Made by a program: the position numbers and the translations under genes
Source: the human T2T-CHM13v2.0 reference genome, Homo sapiens
DNA: 64,000 nt
Strand: one strand, 5' to 3'
NCBI RefSeq assembly: GCF_009914755.1
Contig: NC_060944.1
Shown: positions 52,031 through 64,000 of the stretch, piece after piece
How the letters are laid out: each line of letters starts with the position of its first letter
How positions within the stretch are numbered: the first letter of the stretch is position 1
The notes under the pieces: generated by a model
What the model saw: the letters and a program-made list of their open reading frames with translations, nothing else
The model's database searches: none
Told to the model about the DNA's origin: nothing

Positions 52031-52733
52031 AAGCAAAGAAAGTTTACCTTTTATTTTATCTGTTTACTACTTTAAACAAGGTAATGTGATAAAAAGGTCA
52101 TGTTAAGGTAATCAGGGTTAATGTATCACAGATTGTGTTTTAAAACTTGCTTACTGCAACCTTAAGTATTGGTATAATATAATCTCAAATTGTCTCTTTC
52201 AGAATTCTCATGCAAAGACTCCCGGGTTGCCACAGAGATCCCTGTCCATAGGGAGGCTCTTTCCCATCTCTCCTCCCTCCCACTTTAATTCCAAACTCAA
52301 AAAGGCAGATTAATCTAAGCTTAAAAAAGGTTTTAGTAGAAATAATTTGAAAACCCCAGAGCCCTGGGATATTGTTGGAATAACGATTTTTAGTGCTTTG
52401 GAAAGTAAAAGTTGATTTTTCTTTTCTTTCATTCTTCCCCATCCCTTCCCCCTTAATAAAGTTATCATTCTTGTCATTTTCTAGTTTTTTTTGTTTGGTT
52501 CAAGAGGATAAGATTATAGAAAATAGTCACTAACATATCCTGCTATAGAAAGAGATGATTGGACCTTCTATTTGGAAACCAGAACAAACAAGGAAACAAA
52601 GAAACAAATAATTCTGCTTTCCGATAGGTGCTGGTTTTACTTCCGCTGGCTGAGCTGTTGTTCCTGAGGTCAGACCCCAGCCAGTCTTTTGTGTACGTGC
52701 AGGACCATGGTGGCTTTAGTTTCTACCCCACCC

Positions 52734-52743
52734 TTCCTAGGAA
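52734..52743. promoter_or_regulatory. Palindromic STAT6-type site TTCCTAGGAA (TTC-N4-GAA) in the CDH26 5' region
   Basis: Exact motif ~240 bp upstream of the CDH26 ATG; function inferred. Confidence 0.55.
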
Positions 52744-52982
52744 CTCTACTTGTGGCAAACGTATGTTCAAGCTTACAAGTCAGCCCACCCCACTCTGATA
52801 AATGCAAGAAAAGCTGAAAAGGGAGGAGCAAGATGGGATGAAAGCATCTGGGCCAAAGTGACCTGAAAACCTTTAGAGAAGAAGCTGCTGGCTGAGAAGG
52901 AGGTGTGTGGCTCCGGTGAGACCACCAGCTTGGAGGACTGGTCATCAGCTGCACGTTCTGGGTCTGTCTTGGGTATTCCCAT

Positions 52983-53051
52983 ATGGCCATGAGATCCGGG
53001 AGGCACCCCTCGCTGCTGCTGCTTCTAGTGCTGCTGCTGTGGCTGCTGCAG
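52983..53051 (+). CDS. CDH26: Cadherin-26 coding exon 1, signal peptide MAMRSGRHPSLLLLLVLLLWLLQ
   Basis: Leu-rich signal peptide, CAG|GTAAGC donor, 69 nt; matches recalled CDH26 N-terminus. Confidence 0.9.
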
Positions 53052-53303
53052 GTAAGCTGAGCCTGCAGCCTAGTGCTCAGGTGCAGGGAACTGAAAGCAA
53101 AGCACAAGCTGGCCCTGCCCCTTCTAGGCTAAGGGAGGGGAGAGGGACTGAGTGTGACCTGCTGGGACCCAGGGCTGGCTGTCTTGAGAATGGCTTAGGT
53201 AGCAGGGGCTCTGGATTTATATAAAGGGAAGTTAAGGGTCCCAGTCTGTTTGGGGCAACAGTGGGAGCAGGCTAAGGGACCTGTTTAAAACTAATTTATA
53301 TAG

Positions 53304-53956
<653 letters not shown>

Positions 53957-54608
53957 AGTTTTATAATGATACTTCTGTTCACACTTTACATAAGATTGAG
54001 GAAATCTCAGTTGTCTGGATCCAAGGCAATTTGAGCAAACCCATGGGGATGGAATGGCTAAATCCATTGCCCCCAACTGCCACTGTTTAAATGGGAATAC
54101 AAACTAGTGGAGTCAGGATTCGAAACACATGGGCTTGCTCTGTTTGTACTTAGAGTGGACAGAGGTAATGTTGCATGCGCTTGTTGGTTATGATCTGCTT
54201 CGTTGGCTTTCTGTAGGTAGGGAGAGGGAATCATTTCTTCCTTTGAATACCAGCTGAGGGTGGGAAGCAGCCCAGTGGCTGGTAACTGTGAGCTCTGGAC
54301 TGGGCTGCTTGGCGTCCTGACCTAGGCTCCTTCACAGCCCGCTGGGGACCTAGGCCAGCTTAACTTTGTTCCTTACCTTGGATCAAGTTGAACTTACCTA
54401 GGGAGCTTCAAGGGATCTCAGTGCCTGGGTTTTGCCCCCAAAGGTTCAGGTTGAGCTGACCTGGGAGTGCACTGGGTGTCAGTGCACTGGTTTTAACATA
54501 ACCTTGTTAAGCCTATTTTTCTTCACCTGAAAATGGAGCTAGTAACTGAATTTATCTGAGCCAGTGGTTGTACCAGTGAATGAGGAAATGCGTAAAAGCC
54601 CTTGGTAC

Positions 54609-55081
54609 TGCGAAAGTTGTCAGAATCAGAATGGAGTTCCTTATGTTAAAACACACACACACACACACACACACAGGCACAAAGCCTGATATATAGACAC
54701 AAAGAAGGTTATGAAAAGGGGGTTCTCACATTTGTAGGCTTGATAACTAAAACTATCACAAAAGCTCTGCAAAAATAACAACTTTGCACAAAGGCCGTTA
54801 AAACCTTACACAAAAAATACTTTTTCGAAGAAATCTTCCCAGCAACTTTTTGTGCAAACTCAGACCAGTGTCACCCTTCTTATTGATCTTTGTAGCCAAA
54901 GATAATTATTTCAAAACAATGATATAATCCTTCTCATTTTTTCCTTTGAAAACCTTTATCTCCCTTTACCTCCCTGACTCTGCACATCGTTTACCATGGC
55001 ACACATATTCCCATGGATATGTCCTTGCCCAGACAAACGTCATCTTCTCTTAGAGAGCCTCTGTCTACTATTAGGTTCACA
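54609..55081 (+). mobile_element. ERV1 MER4-group solo LTR (MER65-like) with internal (CA)n
   Basis: tgcgaaagttgtcagaatcagaatggag...ttaggttcaca; near-TSD gtac/gttc. Confidence 0.7.
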
Positions 55082-56490
55082 GTTCAGTAACGACCCAGCC
55101 GTTTTTCTAATCACAGTGAAAATGGTTGGCAATATTCATTCAGAGCTCATGCTAAAACTATTTACTGGATACCTGCTTTGGGCCAGGCACTGGGAATACA
55201 CCAATAAACATAATAGGGGGAAAACCCTGTCTGAAAGTGGATAACTTGTTTGGTACCAGTTGCTTGAGGTTTGGAGAATTTTCTTGGTCACATTTTGCCA
55301 TATCAAGAGTTACGAGTTTCCTTAGTCAGACAGCACATTAATTTGATCTCCAATACTTCACAGAAGTCCTTTTTAGTAGCCCATGTTTGCATGGATTTGA
55401 ATATAGTCCAGATCAAATCCTGTCCCCATCCTTCCCTCACTCCTGCTCCTACCCACAATGAGTCTGATCAGGAAACAGACCTGAATTCTCTTCCCTCTGG
55501 CGTATTAGTGCAGTGCCAAAGCAAATTAATTGACTTCTGAGGGTGGTTGGGTGGGGGTGGGCAGTGGGAATGGGTCTGTGGATTGTACTTCAGTGATTGA
55601 TGACAGCAGCTTTATGTAGATTCCAGGGAATCAAGACAGATGAAGAGAACATGATTCAATAGATGTAAGAAGTTTTTAGCAATCAGAATGCTGGACCTTT
55701 AACTCTTAAAGAGCTTTACACCTGGCAGGTGCTCAATAATTGTCAAATTGGCTATGAGTAACATTCCGTTCCATTCCTTTACATCCCCGCCCCCTGAATT
55801 GGCTTATTGCCATCTGTGACATCTATGACAGATACCTACTTCCCCCTGTTCAGATCTCCATATTTACAAGCTGATACCATTTCTGCTGGAGAGCTATTGT
55901 GTCCACAATAGTTTTCCTCTGAAATCCCCACACCCTTTCTTTGTCATTTGGCCATGAAGCCAAATCACCAAGTCAGGATTCTGTTCTGCAGGTTTATGTC
56001 TTTGTTCCAGGTTCAGTGACAAGTAATGACAAGCCAAGGAAGAGGAGTTTTCTCCCCTTTTGTCATTTCCAGGCCTCTGAGCTCATATGTCCTCACCTTG
56101 GGGCTGTGGCAGGCTTCAAAGACCAGAGAAGAGGGAAGTTTTAAGAGAATGAAACTGTACAATGAGAAAAGCCACTTATGATTTTTTGTTGTTGGTGGTG
56201 GTGGCGTTGTTACCAATCTGGGAAATTCTGAATTGAGTTACATTTTAATAAATTGTTAGCATTTATGCTCTGACTGAATTACTCTTTCAGCCCTTCATTT
56301 AAGACCAACAGAGTGATGGGTTGCAGAAGGTGGGGATAGTGTGGTCAGAGGTGAAGCTGAGAGGGTCAGCAGGGGACAGAGCAGGTTGGATTCTGTCCTA
56401 AGAGAAGTAAAAACACTGGGGGGAAAGGGGTGTGAGATCTGTGCTTTTAAAGATCACTCAAGCCTCTGTGCAGAGAATGTGTTAGGAACA

Positions 56491-56949
56491 TATATTAGTG
56501 TCCTCAGACTGCTGAAACAATGAACCACAAACTGGTACGTCGGCTTAAAATAGGAGAAATGTACTCTCTTGCAGTTCTAGAAGTCAGAAGTCTGAAACCA
56601 AGGCGTCAGCAGGGCCAAAATCCGTCTGAGACTGGGAGGACCCTCCCTGGCCTCTCCCCAGCTTCTGGTGGGTTGCTGGCAATCCCAGCTGTTTCTTGGC
56701 TTGCAGCTACGTCACTCCAGTCTCTGCCCCTGTCATGACATGGCATCATCCCTTTGTGTCTGTGTTTTCCTATCGAGACACTGCTCACTAGATTAGGGCC
56801 CACTCTAACCCAGTGTGACTTCATCTTAACTGTAATTCAGTTAAGAATTACATCTGCAAATAGCCTATTTCCAAATAAGGTCCCGTTCACAGGTACTGGG
56901 AATTAAGTCTTCAATATACGCTTTTAGGGACACAATTCAACCCACCACA
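56491..56949 (-). mobile_element. MLT1 (MaLR) LTR within an L2 fragment
   Basis: ccacaaactgg...cagttctagaagtcagaagtctgaaaccaagg...ggacacaattcaacccaccaca. Confidence 0.8.
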
Positions 56950-57492
56950 GAAGGATGGAATGAATGGGAGAGACCAATCCTGTGGGTTCCCGAGGTGGTG
57001 GAAACTTTAGCTGTTTGGGGTGGAGGCAGAGAAGAGCTGGCCTTAGGAAGTGAACTTGACAGAACTTGGACATGGGGATGAGAGAAGCAGAGGCATCAAG
57101 GATGACCTTTGGAATGAGTAGGTAAGTGTCTTTTGTGGTTAGAGAGCCCCCAGGATGGGCAGGATTGTGAGAATACAAGCTATGCTATCAGTCTGGGACA
57201 TGTAGGATTTGAGTTGCTTGTGGGAGATGCCAGTGGAAATGTTGCCTAGAGACTTGAATAGGAAAAAGAGGAGATACTTACGTAGCCCTTGCCATCCTGA
57301 GCACTTTGTGTGTGAGTGTTGTATGTTAAAAAGGAATAATAATAGTACCTTCATGATTGGGCTGTTGTGAGGATCAAATACATACAAACACTTATACATG
57401 TACGTATGTGGGGGTTGTGCATGTGTGTGCACAGATGAGGAAATGCAGACTCCAGAGCATAAATTACCTGCCCGACATCACATAGCTGGTGA

Positions 57493-57765
<273 letters not shown>

Positions 57766-57789
57766 TAACCAATACTTTATACTATCTGC

Positions 57790-57980
57790 ATTGGCCTCTA
57801 GTCACATGTGGCAATTTAAGTTAATTAAAATTAAGCAAAATTTAAAATTCAGTCCTATACTAGCACTAGCCACATTTTAGGGGCCCAATTAGCCACATGT
57901 GGCTAGGGGCTACCACACTGGCCAGGACAGCAGGGACATTCTCATCTTCACAGAGATTTTCCTAGGACTGCCCTGGTCTA
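57790..57980. mobile_element. MER3/MER33-like hAT-Charlie MITE
   Basis: tagccacatgtggctag and aaaattcagtcc...cactagccacatt motifs. Confidence 0.7.
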
Positions 57981-59599
57981 GAGCCCAGAAGAGAGATATT
58001 GGGTACGGATTAAAAGAATCTCTAGAGGAATCTCTCATAGGAAATTCTGTGATTTCTAGGGTCCAAATTCTCCCTGAATGAAAGCTTAAGAGGCTTTCCT
58101 CATCATCCAAAAATAAAAAAAAAAAAGAGGCTTTCCTCACTGTCCAATTTCATTATCTTAAAACCTCTCTCCTCCATGGTCTTTCAAGCCTGCCACAGAC
58201 CCAAGCTGAGGACTCGTCGGCTCTCAGAACTGGAAATGACTGAAGAGGGGAGAAAGACTCCTTTCCTATGGCTAGTCATTACTTGTCACTGAATCTGGAA
58301 CAAAGACATAAACCTGCAGAACAGAGTCCTTGATCCAAATTCTGCTGATTTTTAGGACTCGAATTCTGCTTAAATAAAAACTTGCATTTAAAAATGAAAT
58401 ACTTCCAAGCATTTTGGGAGAGAATGATTTCTATATAGGCCTCTTAGCTCTTTAGTATCCTGTATAGTCACAGATTACATCTTCATTCATTCAGAGAATT
58501 TTCTCCCAAAAGATGCCATGGCTGCCCAGCCAGGCCAGCCTGAATGATATTGGTTACATGCCCCAGGTCCAGAGCCATCTGTCAAATCATGTGCAGGGCG
58601 GACCATGCAATCATATGTCTGCCTGGCCCCCTCTGATAAAGTGGTTTGGTGGACATGGTAGCTGAGGGAACAAGCATCTAGAAAGAACCCCCCGCCCCCG
58701 ACCCCAGGCCCACACCACCGCATTATAGAAAGCATTATGTAAATCTTTTGAAAGATTTCCTCTTTGGACAGACTGCCTAAATTTGGCACAGATGAGAAAT
58801 ATAATGAGAGCACTTACAAAATCATTACAGAAAATATAACAATTTCCAGTCTTCCTGCATCACCCAGATGAGAGATCTCAAGTTAATTTCTAAGACATGC
58901 ATAAAGAGAGGAGAAATGAAACACACACAACAATGTGAAATTTAAGGCATCTCTGGCAAAGTATAAACATCCACCATTTCAAACCTCTTTTTGAACACTT
59001 CAGCCAGCTCTTACATGACTGTCAACTGTGCCGTTTATGTCTTATCATAATAAAATGAATTTACAGAGCTTTAGTGTTGAAAGAGCCCTTAAAGACACCT
59101 TGTCTCATACCCTCAATTTACAGAAGGGGAAACTGAGGCCCAGAGGGAACAAGAAACCTCAATATATTCCTTGTTAATAACCTTGGCCACCTGGAAATAC
59201 ACCTGTTTCAGAAACGGAATTAATTTCTTTATCTTTTGCAAGAACTACAATTTTCTCCATTTAAAAATTATACACCTGGGTAGGCCCTTAATTTAAAACT
59301 ACTGACATTAATCAAGAAGCATCCATTGTCTAAAAAAATCAGTTTGAGATTTCAGACTTAAACTCAGAGTTTAAACATTCTTTTCCTTCAGGTAAATAGA
59401 CAGAAATATAACCTGGCCAGGAAACAAATATTATCGTTAGCCCTGATGCTGACAATACAACCCAATAACATCACCCACCCACCACCCACCATGGCCTCTT
59501 GTATTGTAATGTGAATAAGGATAAATAATGATAGATTCTGACGCGGACGAGCCAACCAGAGTGGAGGCTCTGTCCCTGGTGATTTAGGTATCAGTCCTA

Positions 59600-61022
59600 G
59601 AGATTTAGCTTATGTGGGTTATATTTGCTGATACCATGATAGCTATTAAAACAGGGAAATTTTAAACATATTTCTCAATTCATTGGACATAACCATAATA
59701 AACCCATTCTATGTTAATAAAAATAGCACATATTTTGGAAACTATCCATATTTTTCAAAATTCCATTTAGTGGAAAAAGTGCCACTATCTATATATTTTT
59801 TGCAAATATTTTGAATGTCCGGCTTTAAAGAAAACAGCGGGAGTCTCCTCTCTGCTTCTGTATTCAGTCTGTTGTGAATTTGTTTGGTTGGAGTATATGA
59901 AGAAATTCTGGCCTCGAGCAGATATTTGAAAAGGGAGGAATATTTTAATAACCTGGAACAGATAATTGTGGATATTTTTCTTTGATATTACACCAAAACT
60001 CAATACACTGTAATGTCTTAACAGTTATTTACTGGGTGGAATCTGAAACCATATCACTGAATTTTCCCTACTCCGTTCCATTAAAATCCACTGGTCTCTC
60101 TTGCACTCTGGATGACTCTTTTGCCTGCACATGATTTTAGAACATGATGTGTTGATCATTAGGAAGCCATTGGCTATTGAGTTATGCAGGTATTTCCTGT
60201 GTGGACATATTTCAGCCTATAAAATTAAAAAGAAACTATTGCTATTATAGTAAAAATCTTTAATTATTAGGAAGCTTTCATGCTTATATTGGCAGACACA
60301 AGTTTTCTAAAATTCTGATTTTTGCTTGAAAGATTACATTTATCAGTGGGAACAGATACTGTGCATTGATTGATTTTCTCGAAGTGAAAGCTCACTTTGT
60401 TCATCATCAAGGAACCGTATATCAGATACCCTGGCGTGAATCATCACAGTTTCTTGGTTGTTCTTTCAAGTAAAATGGTGTTGCATTAAAAAAAAAAAAA
60501 AAAAAAAAAAAAAGTGGCCTGTTCAGCTGGAAACTGAAGCAATCACGCAAGTACTTTTCTTTGAGATAAACCTTCTGCCTTGATGTACAGCAGCAGTGCC
60601 TTGTACATACTTCCCATCCACTCACGAAGAGTGTTTAAAAGATGTACACTCAAGTGTTGCAATTTAAAACAATTAATATTTTTTACTACTTCATGAGTTC
60701 TCAAGCGATTACAGTAATTGAGTAAATTCACCAATTATTTCATTCTTAAATGAAACTAGTTTTCTTTGTGTTTCTTTTTGGTTTTTCCTGCAAGTGCGTG
60801 AGCAAGTGCATGGTGGTGAAGAATACAATGGGGAGTTTGGTACCACTGCCTTCATTTGTGCTGAGGCATCAGCAATTCCACTCACCAACGTTATTGTTTT
60901 GCACCATCAGTGCAAATGTCAGACAGCAAAATAGGCAAACAATGCCTTAGTGTTCTTATGAAAGAGTTTGGCCTTGTGGACTCTCTTACAGGGCTGTGGA
61001 AACCATACTTTGAAAATTGCTG
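59600..61022 (-). mobile_element. Charlie1-like hAT transposon remnant
   Basis: Minus-strand ORF fragment ALLLYIKAEGLSQRKVL resembles the Charlie LLLHTEVRWLSRGKVL motif; end ccatactttgaaaattgctg; left boundary approximate. Confidence 0.7.
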
Positions 61023-61802
61023 CTACAGAGAAACTTTTCATATATACATGGATGTTTATTACCATAGCATTTTTGGTAATGAAAAACTGGAACCAACCTA
61101 AATGACCATCACTAGGAGAATGGATAAATAGATTATTACCTATTCATATAGTGAAATGTTCTACAGCAATAAAAATGAATGAACTAGAACTGTAGGTGTT
61201 AACACACACATCCTCCCCCAAAATGAAAAATCAATGATAAGTAAAAAAAAAAATAATAATGTTATGGGATGATGATTACTGTGAACCATTATTTAAAAGT
61301 CCAATCCAAAACCATAAAAATTACACATTGTTATGAATATATAGCCATATCTATGCACACAGATACATATAGTGAAGGTTTAAAAACATGCATTGAAATG
61401 CTAAGTATAATTTAGGATGAGAGTTACTTCTGAGGAAAAAGTGAGATGAGGGAGGGGTACACAGGAAGTTTCAATTTTATCTGTAACGATTTACATCTCA
61501 ACACTTCGAAGCAAATAGGGTAAAAGTATGAAGGTTTGAGAGAACTAGGTGATGGGCATCATTATGTCATTCTCTATTTCTTTCTGTATGCTCAAAGCAT
61601 TTTGCTATCAAATTTTCTTTTAAATAGGAAGACTGTATAACAAGAAAAGGTTTTATTAAAAATGTTTCATTTTTAAAGACAGACTTTCCCTTTTTATTAT
61701 AACTGGCAAGAATCTTAGTGCTAAATTGAATACCCAATCTTAGTTCCTGAAATTGTCTTTTTTGATAAGTTTTTGTTTTGGTATAAAACTTATAAGATTT
61801 AA

Positions 61803-62714
<912 letters not shown>

Positions 62715-63220
62715 TGAGATATAAATTATAAATAAGTATTATCACTCTAAGTCATTATGTAAATGTAAAGTGCCATGTCTATTATTTTATTAATTATTGT
62801 AAATAATGTCTTAGAAATAAGGGGCAAAAAAAACAAAAGAAAAGCCCACTTAAACCTCATCACCAATTAATATTTGGTGTTATTTTACATGTGTACATAT
62901 AAATACAGCTGTGCTCATCCTGAATAAACAAGTTCTACTTCCTGCTTTGTTAACTAACAGTAGTATTTTATGATTTTAAACGTCTCCCCACCATTGGTAA
63001 TAATAAATCAGAATTCTTTTCATTATTTCTCCTATAGTTAGAGAAGATAAGTGGCAATCATGAATTAAGATGTAGAGGATAAGAAATTCTATTTACCAAA
63101 ACTAACTACAGAAGTTCTGTTTTCATCATTTCTAATTCTAGATTTGTGCAACTCCAGGTGGTTTCCATGTGATTCTGGTAAGAATATTCTCTACTAATTA
63201 ATATTATTTTTATTTTTAAG

Positions 63221-63277
63221 GTCAGTATCATTGACAGTGTTCAACAGGAAACAGATGATCTTACTAAGCAAACAAAG
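63221..63277 (+). CDS. CDH26: Cadherin-26 coding exon 2 (VSIIDSVQQETDDLTKQTK); gene continues beyond the window
   Basis: Branch point tactaat 63192-98, tttttAAG acceptor, AAG|GTGAGG donor, 57 nt, phase 0/0. Confidence 0.85.
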
Positions 63278-64000
63278 GTGAGGTTTGGAAGTCAGTTTCT
63301 TAATATATAAAATCAGTCTCTACACTTGACTTAGAGACAGAATTGCAGTTTGGAGTTCTTTAGTGCCCTGCCAATGTTTGGTTTGCAGAAAATAAAATAG
63401 TAACTTCATGTGGCCTTTTAGAATCTTGAGGGACTGCCAGAGAGTTGCAGGTGATGCTTTTATGTCTAATTAGAATGTGAGCAGCCTGTGAACATCAAAA
63501 TTCAACTGTACACCATAAGCATGGAGGTTTGTCCACATCATTTTATTCTTTATGGAATTAAAATATATTGAACTTCATATTTTCCATTGCAGCAGTCATG
63601 CACCTACCACTGTGAAGTTTTGCCATATCCTCATGCCACGTTGTGATTATTTACTTGGTATTGTTCTCTTGGTCAATTCACTCTATCATTAAGTAATTTT
63701 TTTAAAAAAGAACTTACATTTTTGTTGATAAAATTAATGTGGCTAGAAACCAACTTCACTTATAATAGATGGTAACTGTGAAAATATATAATGCAAACAA
63801 AACAATGCTTTAAATTTCATATATTCTCTTACCTGACAAATATCTGAGCCCAAGATCTGAGTCTAAGTCACTCTCTTTCTCTTTGTGTACATGTCTGCAC
63901 ATTTGTTAAAAGGGATAGTCATAGACAGAGAGGCATTAAAGGTCTGTCAGCACCTAATCATCAATAATTTCAGGAAGACTGAGAGATAAATGGAAGTGGG

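Overview
Primate (human-like) genomic DNA that I recognise as the chr20q13.33 SYCP2 / FAM217B / PPP1R3D / CDH26 locus. Gene identities come from recalled protein sequences; splice junctions were checked by hand for frame and dinucleotides. Minus strand 1-27.9 kb: the 5' part of SYCP2 (2 putative non-coding exons and 13 coding exons, 1033 nt, about the first 344 aa), including a non-canonical AT-AC intron. A CpG-island promoter at about 27-28.7 kb appears shared by SYCP2 and a long FAM217B isoform. Intronless PPP1R3D (299 aa, minus) is nested antisense in that isoform and shares a second CpG island with the short FAM217B isoform. FAM217B (383 aa, plus) has its AUG-initiated CDS in one exon. CDH26 coding exons 1-2 (plus) lie at 53.0 and 63.2 kb. 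The rest is Alu, L1, MaLR/ERV1 LTR, MIR/L2 and DNA-transposon debris. Most notable observations: (1) the whole spliced FAM217B leader is stop-free in frame with the CDS, suggesting a promoter-dependent non-AUG N-terminal extension, overlaid by a chain of stop/start-coupled uORFs; (2) a U2-type-looking AT-AC intron in SYCP2; (3) an 80-codon uORF overlapping the PPP1R3D start; (4) a ~210-bp inverted duplication not recognisable as a TE, and a palindromic STAT6-type site, upstream of CDH26. No prokaryotic-type systems, CRISPR arrays, tRNA or rRNA genes were seen.
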